Below, in pieces: positions 53,925 to 64,000 of a stretch of 64,000 nt of DNA. A model generated the notes under the pieces. The model worked only from the letters and a program-made list of their open reading frames with translations. It had not been told where the DNA came from and ran no database searches. Position 1 is the stretch's first letter. Each line of letters starts with the position of its first letter. The stretch covers positions 1 to 64,000 of the IMG/VR virus record IMGVR_UViG_3300043427_003610. One strand, 5' to 3'. A program made the translations under genes and the position numbers. Source of the DNA: a virus.

Positions 53925-56900
53925 ATGGCACTCTCCCTTCTTGAATCTCTTCGCAAGCTGATCCGCCAGGACACCGTCAAGGTCGGCGGGTCCATCGGCA
54001 ACATGCACGGCGCAGTGCGTGTCGACCTGGCCAGCACGGCGGACTCGGCGACCCAGACCTGGCTCGGCATGACCATTCCGAGCCGGGACCTGCCTACGTT
54101 GCCGCAGTTCCTGGCGACCTTCGCCGAAGATCCGTCGGCCATGGAGCTGGAGGTAGCGTCGGAGGGTGTGCTCAGCCTCACGCTGACGCCCTACTCGGCG
54201 ACGTTGCTGCGCACCGTGGTCAACGCGGACCGCACGCTCAACTTCAACCTTGAGATCACTGTCCCGACCACCGGCGGGGTGGCGGCCGTGTACGTGGACG
54301 GCAACCTGGTCCGCACGATCCGTGGGACCGCGGCCGCGCCGGTCACCCTGTCCTCCGGGCAGCATACGCTCTATGTCCTGGTGGTGTCGCCGAGCATCAC
54401 GATTACGGCTCCCAAGCGCCTCAGCTTTGTCGGCGAGACGGACGTTCCCAGCGCGCCACAATGGGAGTCCTCGACGACGGGCTACCTGGACCAGATCTCC
54501 GGCACGTCGGCCAACATCCTGCGCTGGCTTGCTGATCCCGAGGTGGGCCACTACCGGGTGCTGCGCCGCGAGCCCAAGCTGATCGCCAACCTGGCGGTGC
54601 CTGGTGACGGCGAGGTGCTGGGCGTCAGTGCCCTCACGACCAACGACACATTCAGCATCACCATCGACGGAGACCATGCGGCGGAGATCCCGCTGCAGGC
54701 CGTGCTGCTCAACGGAGGCGAATCGATCGGCGTGGTCACCGGGGTCCAGGTGGATACCGGCGACACGATCATTACGTGTCGTCTTCCGCTTGGGGTCGCG
54801 GAGCCGCCCACGACCGGCCTCCTCAACCAGCTGCTCTACATCGGCACGTTCACCGAGCTGAGCCGGGTGACGCGAGTCGCCAACACGGCAATTCTGGAGT
54901 ACGTGGACGGTGCCGTGACCAAGGACGTCGCCTACGAGTACGCGCTGCAGGCGGCGGGGCTGGTGGACGAAACCATCCTGAGCCCGCTGAGCCAGATCCG
55001 CTACCTCGTGACCGGCGATTTCACTGCGCCCGGCCCGATCGTGTTCGAGAGCGGCTACCCGACGGTGCTGAATAAGAACGTCACGGTGCGCTTTACGACG
55101 CCTGCCGACCTCGACTACGCGGGCGTCAATGTCTACTTCCGCCAGCGCATCCTGAACGGGGCCAATCCGTACGACGCCACGAACGTGAGCGGTACGACCG
55201 TGACGGTGACGCCGACCACGCTGCCCACCGCGGCTGGCGGGCTGGCCGGGTACAAGCTGCGGTTCGTGAACGCCACTTACGGCGCCTACACCTTCGAGAT
55301 TGCAAGCAACACGGCCAGTGCCATTACGCTGACCGAGACGGTGCCGACGGAAATCCAGACGGTCATCAACGCCGCCCAGCCGGTGGACCTGACTATCTAC
55401 AAGGACACGGCGCTCCGGACGGACCGCGGGCTGCCGAACCGCCCGGACGAGCTGAACTTCGAGGCCCAGGACTACGGTCAGTACTACTTCGCCACGTTCG
55501 ACCGGTCCGGCAATGAGCAGGATTTCGCCACGGCCGTGACCTGGGACTACGACCCTACGGACGACAACTTCACCAGCCCGCCGGTGCTGGCACTCCGGCA
55601 GCTCGTGGCGTCAGAGCAGGCGTACTTCTTCCTCTCCGGGACCGGCACGGTCAGCATTACGACTGGCGGCGCGGCCACCTTCAGCACCAGCCAGACGTTC
55701 GGCGTGGGCTCGCAGATCCGGGTCAGCTCGACGAACTACACGATCACGGCGGGCAGCGGCACCAGCTATACCGTGACGCCCAACCCTGGCGCGACGATCA
55801 CCACGCAGCCCTTCAGCTACTGGGCGGACTCGGTGAACTACGCGGTGATCGAGGTGTGGGCCTATGACCCGTCCTTGCCGACCGCGAACCAGTACGACGG
55901 CGTGTCGGTCAAGTACCAGCGGGGGAACGGCACGATTGAGTCGCTTCCGATGGACGGGGCGACCGCTCTGGGCACGCCCGCCTATCCGAACCTCGTGACG
56001 AGCACGGCTGAAGCCATCCTGGACACTCCGCCGACAACCCGCTCGCGCTTCATCCTGGTCAATCGGAACGACGAGGGGATCAACGTGTGGGCCGAGAATG
56101 CCTCAGGCCTCACGACGGACAAGACCACGTTCATCGCGGACCTGGACACCACCCCGGAAGCCACCCTCGAGACCACCATCAGCACGCTGACCAATACGGT
56201 GCAGTTCGTGGTGGTCGTAGACGATGACACCAAGTCCTTCAAGTGGCAGGTAGACGAGGGGACGACGTACACGGTCGACACGACGACCCAGAAGCGGATC
56301 TCCATTGACGGGGCGACGAAGACCACCGGCGGTGCCCTGCTGTACCCTGAGCTGACCCTGGAGCTGGGGCAGCTCAAGCAGCTCAAGGTCCGGCCGTACG
56401 CGGACAACCCGCCGACGACCCCGTATGGTGGTGAGCTGATCGTGCGTGACTTGGTTCGTACGCCCCGGTCGTCCGTCACCTTCGACAACAAGGACGCAAA
56501 CGGCAACTACCTGGTCACGCAGACCAAGGCCATCTTCTCGATGGCTCCGGCGCAGACCAAGACGGTCACCGGTCGCACGGGCACCTTGGCCACGGTCGGC
56601 AATAACCAGGTGCTCACGGACTCCGGGTCCCCCGGCTGGACCGTGAACCAGTTCCAGACCGGCTCGACCAAGTTCTACTACCTGCTGCTCTTCCCGACCT
56701 CGGCCCAGGGGCGCGAGGCGATTTCAGTCCCGATCGTCAGCAACACGGCGAATACCGTCACGGTGACCGGGCTCAGCCAGTACGTGGGGCTCAGCCCCAG
56801 CTCGTTGAATTACGAGATCCATGATGGTGCGGTGCTTTTCCGGCAGGTGATCGGCGGTGTGGCGCAGGGCAACTTCCAGCCGTCGACCGGCACCAAGGTG

Positions 56901-58091
56901 TTCAGCAAGACGGCCGATTTCGACCTCGAGTTCTACGCGACCAAGACGGGCTGCTACCCGGAGAGCCCGCGCCGGGTTACGGTCGACGCGGACGACCTGC
57001 CCAGCCTGAGCGGCTTCCAGTACACCCCGCTGACGATCTCGACCGTGGACTACCTGCAGCTCGGGTTTGGTGGCTACGACGACGATGCGACGTTCTGGGA
57101 AGTCTACGAGAAGAAGGGCGGTTGGCCGACCACGGATGCCGCGCAGCCCTCGAGTACGGTCGTCATGGACATGTCCAAGATCGACCGGAACTTCCTGCGG
57201 TTCTCGGGCAGCGTGGACCAGTCCTACTACCGGCGGGCCCGGGCCAGCATGACGGCCGGGGACGTGTGGTACGCGGTTGCGGTGCCCAAGAACTCCTTCG
57301 GCCAGGTCGGCTATCCGTCGACCGCTCAGTTCACGGTGGGCGGTACCGTTAACGCCATCACGGACATCACCCTGACGCCTAGCGTCAACAACACGTACGT
57401 AAACGTCACGTTCAGCTACACCGGATCTGGCACCACCAACGTGTCGCTCAGCTCCGTCCGGAGCGACGATCCGAACACGACGGTCACCGGATCGGTGCAG
57501 GTCAGTTCGACTTATCAATTGCCGATCACTGAGAAGGTGGTGGCGAGCGGCGGGATCACCCGGACGTGGACGGTGACGGCCACGCTCACCGGCGGCAACA
57601 CGGTTACCAGGTCGGTGACCTTCCAGGTGGAAGAATCGACATCGACGGGCTCCACGCTGTCATTGACCGGCACGGCGAGCATCTACTCGATGGGTCTCTG
57701 CTCCAATGCGGACTGCACGAGTTTGTTCTCGGCCCCGCATCAGCGGTTGGTGACCTGGGCGTTGACGGTGACGGGAACCGGGGTGGTGAGCAACCCGGCT
57801 ACGCCGTACCGGATCAACATCGACGTGGCGAAAGAATTCACCGCCACGAACTGGTACCCGCTGGTGGTCGGCCTCAACGCGGCAGATCGGTCGTACATCG
57901 ACACGACCGGGTGCGCGTACAGCGATGGTACTGGTGGTCTGACGGAGTACTGGCACTATCGCCTGACGGTGACGGACCAGTACGGCGTGGATGTGAGCCC
58001 GGCGGTGACGTACACTATCGCGCGGGTTACAGAGAACAACATGCGGTCGTGTACGGGTGGCATCGGTGGTGGTGGCGGGAACGCGTTCTAA
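53925..58091 (+). CDS. Tail fibre/central spike-like protein with FN3/Ig-like domains
   Basis: EYVDGAVTKDVAYEYALQA, DFTAPGP, TPADLDYAGV, TFDRSGN. Confidence 0.65.
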   Translation: MALSLLESLRKLIRQDTVKVGGSIGNMHGAVRVDLASTADSATQTWLGMTIPSRDLPTLPQFLATFAEDPSAMELEVASEGVLSLTLTPYSATLLRTVVNADRTLNFNLEITVPTTGGVAAVYVDGNLVRTIRGTAAAPVTLSSGQHTLYVLVVSPSITITAPKRLSFVGETDVPSAPQWESSTTGYLDQISGTSANILRWLADPEVGHYRVLRREPKLIANLAVPGDGEVLGVSALTTNDTFSITIDGDHAAEIPLQAVLLNGGESIGVVTGVQVDTGDTIITCRLPLGVAEPPTTGLLNQLLYIGTFTELSRVTRVANTAILEYVDGAVTKDVAYEYALQAAGLVDETILSPLSQIRYLVTGDFTAPGPIVFESGYPTVLNKNVTVRFTTPADLDYAGVNVYFRQRILNGANPYDATNVSGTTVTVTPTTLPTAAGGLAGYKLRFVNATYGAYTFEIASNTASAITLTETVPTEIQTVINAAQPVDLTIYKDTALRTDRGLPNRPDELNFEAQDYGQYYFATFDRSGNEQDFATAVTWDYDPTDDNFTSPPVLALRQLVASEQAYFFLSGTGTVSITTGGAATFSTSQTFGVGSQIRVSSTNYTITAGSGTSYTVTPNPGATITTQPFSYWADSVNYAVIEVWAYDPSLPTANQYDGVSVKYQRGNGTIESLPMDGATALGTPAYPNLVTSTAEAILDTPPTTRSRFILVNRNDEGINVWAENASGLTTDKTTFIADLDTTPEATLETTISTLTNTVQFVVVVDDDTKSFKWQVDEGTTYTVDTTTQKRISIDGATKTTGGALLYPELTLELGQLKQLKVRPYADNPPTTPYGGELIVRDLVRTPRSSVTFDNKDANGNYLVTQTKAIFSMAPAQTKTVTGRTGTLATVGNNQVLTDSGSPGWTVNQFQTGSTKFYYLLLFPTSAQGREAISVPIVSNTANTVTVTGLSQYVGLSPSSLNYEIHDGAVLFRQVIGGVAQGNFQPSTGTKVFSKTADFDLEFYATKTGCYPESPRRVTVDADDLPSLSGFQYTPLTISTVDYLQLGFGGYDDDATFWEVYEKKGGWPTTDAAQPSSTVVMDMSKIDRNFLRFSGSVDQSYYRRARASMTAGDVWYAVAVPKNSFGQVGYPSTAQFTVGGTVNAITDITLTPSVNNTYVNVTFSYTGSGTTNVSLSSVRSDDPNTTVTGSVQVSSTYQLPITEKVVASGGITRTWTVTATLTGGNTVTRSVTFQVEESTSTGSTLSLTGTASIYSMGLCSNADCTSLFSAPHQRLVTWALTVTGTGVVSNPATPYRINIDVAKEFTATNWYPLVVGLNAADRSYIDTTGCAYSDGTGGLTEYWHYRLTVTDQYGVDVSPAVTYTIARVTENNMRSCTGGIGGGGGNAF

Positions 58092-58103
58092 CCGGGACAG
58101 CTA

Positions 58104-61100
58104 ATGGCCAAATACAGAGCATTTACGAACGACCTCAGCTCGGAAGCGGTTGGCGAGCTGGTCAGCCTGTCTGGCGCTCGCCTTGTCGAGCTGCCGGACG
58201 GGCTTCCGCACCTTCGGATCGAGCCGCGGGTCGGCAACGGCCTGCAGATCGAGAATGAGTCGATCAACGCCTTTGGCCATACGGGTATTCAGGCCAGCAA
58301 GGTCAGCATCAAGCTGGCGGCTGGTGGTGGGCTGTCGTTCAACGGCAGCGGCGAGCTGCAATCGAGCGCGTCTGGTGCCCCGTCGATTACGGATGACACG
58401 ACGACGAACGCCACGCGGTACATTCTGTTCGAGGACGCGACCAGCGGAAGCGCATCTACCGTGTTGGTGTCGTCGACAAAGCTCACGTACAACCCCTCTA
58501 CCGGTGTCCTGGCCGCTACGGGCGGGTTCTCCGGCAATGCTAGCACGGCGACAACTCTGCAGACGTCCCGGACTTTGTGGGGTCAATCGTTCAACGGGTC
58601 AGCAAATATCGGTGGTCGTCTCGAGATGCGGGCGAGCCAGGGTGAAATCCTGATGGGCTACGCGCAGGGCATCACCTGGAACGCGACCGTCGCCCTACTC
58701 AATAATCTGACATATGTCACCGGCAACGTGGCGCTGGCCTCAAGCTACACGTACATCGGTGACGCAAATTCGGCAGGCTCGACGACTCGTGCAGGATCCG
58801 CCCTGGTCACGTACGCAAACGGCAACACCCTAGCCTGGCTCGTGGCACCGACCAGCACGGGCGCTGGTGTGGCGCCAGCTAGCCTGACAAGTGTGTTCTC
58901 TGTCAACGGGTCAGGCAACGGTACGTTCGCAGGCACCTTGGCTGCTGGGTCGGTCACGGCCCGGGCCGCAGCAAGCCAGGACGGCGTCATCCTGGCGGGT
59001 CGAGCGGGTGGTACCGGGACGTACGCAGTCACGATCACCCCGACCACGCTGAGCGCGAACCGTACCCTGACTCTGGCAGACGGGAACACGACGCTGGTGG
59101 CCGGAACCATGCTTACGACCGCGCGTCAGCTGACGATCAACGGCACGGCTAACCAGGTGACGGTTTCGGGCGGTGCGCAGGACCTGAGCGCAGACCGCAC
59201 CTGGACGATCTCGCTACCGGCGGATGTCGATGTCACGACGACGCTGGACGTCGGCTCGGTTGGAGCGATTTCCGCGGCTACCATGCGGGTGGGCGGGGAT
59301 ATCCGGAGTAGCGGGATTATCTATGCATCTGACTTCGTACTCACCGGCGGCTCGGGGAGTGGCATCGGCCTGGAGCTTGACGATCTTTCGGATGTCGTCA
59401 TTACGTCGCCATCGACTAACCAGCTGCTGCAGTACAACGGCACGAACTGGGTCAACGCGACGGTGTCGACCGGCGGCGGGTCGGTTAGTATCGCCGACGA
59501 CACGACTACGAACGGCAATCGGTACCTGAGCTTTTTGGCGACCACGTCCGGTACGGCCTCAACGCTCAATGTAGCATCCACAAAGCTGACGTTTAATCCC
59601 TCGACGGGAACGCTTACTACTACGGCTTTCAGCGGGTCCGGCGCATCGCTGACCAGTCTGAACGCCAGCAATGTGTCGTCCGGCACGCTGGCGCTCGCGC
59701 GCGGCGGTACGGGCGCGACGACGCAGGCGGGAGCCGCAAATGCCATTCTGCCGTCTCAGACTTCTCAGAGCGGTAAATACCTCACGACGGACGGCACCAA
59801 CGTGTCGTGGGGAACGGTGTCCACTGGGACGTCGGTCACGGTGGCGGACGACACGACGACCAACGCTACGCGCTACGTGGTGTTTGAAGACGTCACCAGC
59901 GGCACCTCGTCGACCATCAATGTCTCTTCCACCAAGCTGACCTTTAACCCCTCGACCGGCACGCTCGCGGCGACGGTGTTCAGCGGATCTGGGGCGTCGG
60001 TGACGAGCTTGAATGCGAGTAACGTGTCCACCGGCACGCTGGCCGTGGCGCGAGGCGGGACCGGGATTAGCAGCTACACGACCGGCAATTACATCTACGC
60101 CAGCGGCACGACCACCCTGGCGCAGCGGACACCGACTCAGGTGCGGTCGGACATTAGCGCCGAGTTCCAGCAGACCCTGGGCGTACCGCGCATGAACCTG
60201 GGCGACCCAACGGTTCGTGAGATGGCCTTGTTCGACGGACAGTTCGACAACAAGGTGGAGCGCTTCCCGGTCGCAAACTTCTGGTGCGAGACTTCTGCGG
60301 ACGGCGTCACCTGGTCGAACGCCTCACCGACGCAGAACCAGATGGAGCGGCTCGTCGGTGGAGACGCGAACAACTCTTCGCTCTCGATCGCACACAGCAC
60401 GGCGTATTATCGTATTCGCTTCCGGGCGAACAGCTACGTCTACCTGAATGCCGTCTATGCGTACATGTCGACGCAGGGCAATTCCACGCAGGTGCAAGTC
60501 TTCCGCAAGCATGACAATGATGCAGGCTGGACGGCGGTAGCCAACTCGGCCACGACGGTCAATAGTTGGCCCGGACACATGTTCCTGCAGCACGCCACCA
60601 TTCCGTTCAACCCGTCTGCTACGCTGGGCACGCATTATCACGAGGTCGCGGTCGTCTTCATCCCGACCTGGAGCCACGTAAGTAACCCTATCCTGCTCTA
60701 CAAGCTGCAGTGGTGGGGTGGCTATCCGGCAGGGCGTCGCAATGTGTACTCGACAGACGAGTTCGGGGATGTGACCTTCCCGGCAGCCCTCACGGCAACG
60801 AAGGCGATGACCTCGACCGCCTCGCTGAATAGGTTCGGATCGGCAACTGGTACGAATGGGACCAAGGCTGACCAGAACATTCTGCTGTACGACAATTCGA
60901 CGAACAACTGGGCTGGTATCCAGGCGGGATCGTCCGGCGCCGTCACGATCAACGCGGGGACCGGTACGCGGTACTCGTACGTGTTCGGCCAGGACGGTAA
61001 CGCGGCATTCCCGGGCGCGACGACGGTTACCGGTGGCTCTGTTACAGTGCGGGCGGCGGCGACTCAGGACGCGGTGATCCTCGCCGGACGCGCCGGTGGG

Positions 61101-63776
61101 ACGGCGAGCTACGCGGTGACGATCACGCCCGCTACGCTCACGGCAAGCCGGACGGTCACCCTCGCTGACGGAAACACCACGCTGGTCGCTGGCACGATGG
61201 TGCCCACCGCGCGCACGCTGACCATTGCCAACGGGACCGGGATCACTGGTGGTGGGGCGGCGGTAGACCTGTCAGCCAATCGCTCCTGGACGATCGGCCT
61301 TACTGGCCAGGCGCTTGCGTTCCATAACCTGGCGTCCAACGGGATCGTGGCTCGCACGGGGGCTGGTACGGTCGCGGCGCGAACCATTACCGGCACCGCC
61401 AATCAGATCACCGTCACGAACGGCGACGGCGTCTCGGGCAACCCCACGCTCTCCCTGCCTGCCGATGTTGACGTGACCACGACGCTGGACGTCGGCACGG
61501 TCACCGGAATTTCCGCTGCCACGATGCGCGTAGGCGGGGACGTCCGTGCAAGTGGCATCGTGTACGCGTCAGACTTTGTTCTGACAGGTGGGTCTGGCAG
61601 CGGCACCGGCCTGGTGCTGGACAATCTGGCGGATGTCGTCATTACGTCGCCCGCGACCAACCAGTTGCTGCAGTACAACGGCACGAATTGGGTCAACGCG
61701 ACGGTGTCGACCGGCGGCGGGTCGGTTAGTATCGCCGACGACACGACTACGAACGGCAATCGGTACCTGAGCTTTTTGGCGACCACGTCCGGTACGGCCT
61801 CAACGCTCAATGTGGCATCCACAAAGCTGACGTTCAATCCGTCTACTGGTGCGCTGACGGCGACCTCGTTTAGTGGGTCTGGAGCGTCGCTGACCAGTCT
61901 GAACGTCAACAATGTGTCGTCCGGCACGCTGCCGCTCGCGCGTGGTGGCACGGGTGCCACGACGCAGGCGGGAGCCGCAAATACGATTCTGCCCTCGCAG
62001 ACGTCACAGAGTGGCAAGTTTCTTACGACTGACGGCGCCAACGTCTCGTGGGCCACGGTGTCTGGCGGCGGCGGTACCACCACAAACGCGCTGACGTTTA
62101 ACAATGCTGGCTCCGGCGCCGCGAGCGGATCGACATTCAATGGCTCCGCGGCCGTTTCGGTAAGCTTTAATACCATTGGCGCCCTGTCGTCGTCTACTAC
62201 GTCGACACAGTCGGGCTACTTTGGCAACATCTTCCTGTACGACGACTCCACGCCGTCGCACTACCTGGGCATCACGAACAGCGCCAACCTGACGGCTGCT
62301 CGTACTCTTAGCCTTAACGTTAACGACGCGGACCGAACGATCTCGCTTAGCGGCAATCTGACGGTCTCTGCTGCGGCCACGGTGTCTGGCACCAATACGG
62401 GCGACCAGACCATTACTCTGACAGGTGACGTCACTGGCACAGGCACCGGGTCGTTTGCCGCGACGCTGGCCAATACCGCAGTAACGGCAGGCTCGTATAC
62501 GAACGCCAACATCACCGTCGACGCAAAGGGACGCATCACGGCAGCCTCGAATGGCAGCGCTGGTGGCGGCGGCACAACTACAAACGCGCTGACGTTCAAC
62601 AACGCCGGGTCTGGTGCAGCCAGCGGCACGACATTCAACGGCAGTGCTGCGGTTACGATCAGTCACAACTCGATCGGAGCCTCGGCCCGGGCCAGCTTCG
62701 GCACCGGTGCCGACGCGTCGGTCAAGTCCGTAGACATCCGCAACATTACGAACCCGTCGACGGGCCTTGGGTATGCGGGTGGAATGCGCGTTCGGTTCTC
62801 CGCGCTGAACGACGATAGCTCCTCGCCATGGGCCGACGTGATTGACCTGTCGACGTACACGGATAGCAGCGGCGGCGGCTACAACGCGATGTATTTCGGC
62901 AAGAACTCGCAGGTCCTGCTGCACAAGTACGCTGCGGCTGCAGGAACCAGCTGGACGACCAAGACAATTGCGTATACCGATAGCAATATTACGGGTAGCG
63001 CCGCAACGCTGACGACAGCCCGTACGATTAACGGCACGTCCTTCAACGGCTCGGCCAACATTACAACGTCCAGCTGGGGTACGGCGAGGACACTGACCAT
63101 CGGCAGCACGGGAAAGTCTGTTGATGGGTCGGCAGCCGTATCATGGACGTTGGCGGAAATCGGCGCGGTGCCCACGACCCGCACCTTGACGATGACCGGC
63201 ACCACCAATCAGGTGACGGTGACGAACAGCGGTACCGCGCAGGACCTGTCGGCGAACAGAACATGGACGTTTTCGCTGCCGCAAAACATTCACACGGCAG
63301 CCACGCCGACGTTTGCCCAGTTGATCCTGGGCACCGATCCCAGCGGAACAAACCTGCTCCGGGTTGGCGGCTCCGCTAGAATTACGTCGCTCGGCGTGGG
63401 CATGAACGCCAGCGGAACAACGGGACGGATCTCGGCAAGCGACGACATTATTGCGTATGCGACGTCGGATGCGCGACTCAAAGATCGCATTGCGCCGATT
63501 ACGGGGGCGATGGCGATGGTCCAGCGAATCACTGGTGTGCGCTATCACTGGAAGCAGGACGAGGAGTCGAAGGCCATTCACCAGTACGGGGACGATGAGG
63601 AGATCGGCGTGCTGGCGCAGGAAGTCGAGGCCGTCCTTCCGCAACTGGTCCACACGCGCGAAAACGGTTACAAGGCCCTTCGCTACGAGCGTCTTGTGCC
63701 GGTGCTGATTGAAGCATTGAAGGAACAGGCACAGCAGATCGCTGAGTTGCAGGCGGCGATTCTCAGGAGGCCGTAA
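58104..63776 (+). CDS. Long tail fibre with C-terminal peptidase S74-type intramolecular chaperone
   Basis: Ser/Thr/Gly-rich repeats; YATSDARLKDRI..GVRYHW..IGVLAQEVEAVLPQLV..YERLVPVLIEALKE. Confidence 0.9.
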   Translation: MAKYRAFTNDLSSEAVGELVSLSGARLVELPDGLPHLRIEPRVGNGLQIENESINAFGHTGIQASKVSIKLAAGGGLSFNGSGELQSSASGAPSITDDTTTNATRYILFEDATSGSASTVLVSSTKLTYNPSTGVLAATGGFSGNASTATTLQTSRTLWGQSFNGSANIGGRLEMRASQGEILMGYAQGITWNATVALLNNLTYVTGNVALASSYTYIGDANSAGSTTRAGSALVTYANGNTLAWLVAPTSTGAGVAPASLTSVFSVNGSGNGTFAGTLAAGSVTARAAASQDGVILAGRAGGTGTYAVTITPTTLSANRTLTLADGNTTLVAGTMLTTARQLTINGTANQVTVSGGAQDLSADRTWTISLPADVDVTTTLDVGSVGAISAATMRVGGDIRSSGIIYASDFVLTGGSGSGIGLELDDLSDVVITSPSTNQLLQYNGTNWVNATVSTGGGSVSIADDTTTNGNRYLSFLATTSGTASTLNVASTKLTFNPSTGTLTTTAFSGSGASLTSLNASNVSSGTLALARGGTGATTQAGAANAILPSQTSQSGKYLTTDGTNVSWGTVSTGTSVTVADDTTTNATRYVVFEDVTSGTSSTINVSSTKLTFNPSTGTLAATVFSGSGASVTSLNASNVSTGTLAVARGGTGISSYTTGNYIYASGTTTLAQRTPTQVRSDISAEFQQTLGVPRMNLGDPTVREMALFDGQFDNKVERFPVANFWCETSADGVTWSNASPTQNQMERLVGGDANNSSLSIAHSTAYYRIRFRANSYVYLNAVYAYMSTQGNSTQVQVFRKHDNDAGWTAVANSATTVNSWPGHMFLQHATIPFNPSATLGTHYHEVAVVFIPTWSHVSNPILLYKLQWWGGYPAGRRNVYSTDEFGDVTFPAALTATKAMTSTASLNRFGSATGTNGTKADQNILLYDNSTNNWAGIQAGSSGAVTINAGTGTRYSYVFGQDGNAAFPGATTVTGGSVTVRAAATQDAVILAGRAGGTASYAVTITPATLTASRTVTLADGNTTLVAGTMVPTARTLTIANGTGITGGGAAVDLSANRSWTIGLTGQALAFHNLASNGIVARTGAGTVAARTITGTANQITVTNGDGVSGNPTLSLPADVDVTTTLDVGTVTGISAATMRVGGDVRASGIVYASDFVLTGGSGSGTGLVLDNLADVVITSPATNQLLQYNGTNWVNATVSTGGGSVSIADDTTTNGNRYLSFLATTSGTASTLNVASTKLTFNPSTGALTATSFSGSGASLTSLNVNNVSSGTLPLARGGTGATTQAGAANTILPSQTSQSGKFLTTDGANVSWATVSGGGGTTTNALTFNNAGSGAASGSTFNGSAAVSVSFNTIGALSSSTTSTQSGYFGNIFLYDDSTPSHYLGITNSANLTAARTLSLNVNDADRTISLSGNLTVSAAATVSGTNTGDQTITLTGDVTGTGTGSFAATLANTAVTAGSYTNANITVDAKGRITAASNGSAGGGGTTTNALTFNNAGSGAASGTTFNGSAAVTISHNSIGASARASFGTGADASVKSVDIRNITNPSTGLGYAGGMRVRFSALNDDSSSPWADVIDLSTYTDSSGGGYNAMYFGKNSQVLLHKYAAAAGTSWTTKTIAYTDSNITGSAATLTTARTINGTSFNGSANITTSSWGTARTLTIGSTGKSVDGSAAVSWTLAEIGAVPTTRTLTMTGTTNQVTVTNSGTAQDLSANRTWTFSLPQNIHTAATPTFAQLILGTDPSGTNLLRVGGSARITSLGVGMNASGTTGRISASDDIIAYATSDARLKDRIAPITGAMAMVQRITGVRYHWKQDEESKAIHQYGDDEEIGVLAQEVEAVLPQLVHTRENGYKALRYERLVPVLIEALKEQAQQIAELQAAILRRP
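59210..62063 (+). repeat. Internal ~600-bp direct repeat in the fibre gene (about 59210-59822 and 61451-62063)
   Basis: Offset 2241 bp; about 120 bp identical (59450.. vs 61691..). Confidence 0.85.
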
Positions 63777-64000
63777 TGGCACTACCGGCTTCAGGCAATT
63801 CCCTATCGATCAGCCAAATCAATACAGAGTTCGGGCGCGCGTCGAATACCGCTGACACCTCACTGGCCAATTTGAGCACGGGCTTCTACGCGACGATTAA
63901 CCTGAACTCGACATCGTATCCTGATGCAACGCCGCCCCACGCGATGTCGGAGTTCTACAGCTACAATCACAGCGCGTCATCTCCCCCGAGCCTTACGTCC
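63776..64000 (+). CDS. Fibre-tip adhesin-like protein, partial
   Basis: MALPASGNSLSISQINTEFG...MSEFYSY pattern typical of genes following S74 fibres. Confidence 0.6.
   Translation, partial: MALPASGNSLSISQINTEFGRASNTADTSLANLSTGFYATINLNSTSYPDATPPHAMSEFYSYNHSASSPPSLTS

Noticed and set aside
47986-53931. 1981-codon antisense ORF mirroring the tail hub gene (also 14191-16164, 16214-18718, 24239-25801, 28003-29643, 35522-37336)
   Set aside because: Codon-aligned shadows of real genes. Avoidance of TTA/CTA/TCA in high-GC3 genes removes antisense stops, and the translations are Arg/Gly/Val-rich with no motifs.
59210-62063. Repeat pair as a DGR template/variable region
   Set aside because: Both copies are coding and mid-gene, differences are not adenine-specific, and there is no reverse transcriptase in the window.
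1-64000. tRNA/rRNA genes, integrase, tail sheath
   Set aside because: None recognised; intergenic gaps are short and explained by terminators and promoter motifs.

Overview
The window is a 64-kb segment of a high-GC tailed dsDNA phage genome. It is probably a large siphovirus: there is a 2452-aa tape measure protein and no sheath gene. All credible genes are on the + strand. Gene order: (1) initiator-like protein, HTH proteins, PD-(D/E)XK-like protein and DnaC-like loader (1-4.4 kb); (2) C39-like peptidase and a detached cluster of virion-accessory/fibre-like genes, including a 1248-aa 24-residue-repeat protein (4.5-14.1 kb); (3) AEP primase-DnaB fusion, family A DNA polymerase, HNH, dNMP kinase and RuvC (14.2-21.9 kb); (4) two adjacent small genes encoding sigma70 region 4 and region 2 separately (21.9-22.7 kb); (5) terminase, portal, LAGLIDADG plus glycosyltransferase insert, protease/scaffold and capsid (22.7-33 kb); (6) neck, tail tube, chaperones, tape measure, tail tip and fibres (33-64 kb). 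The most notable signal is a candidate phage transcription system. It consists of a naturally split sigma factor and two families of repeated bipartite promoter-like motifs: GTAAG-N15/16-GTCAATT (7 copies) and CG..-N15-CGACNTATT (about 8 copies). Several copies are built into terminator hairpins, three with the -10-like element in the hairpin loop. Product calls come from motif recognition and gene order only; no database searches were run.
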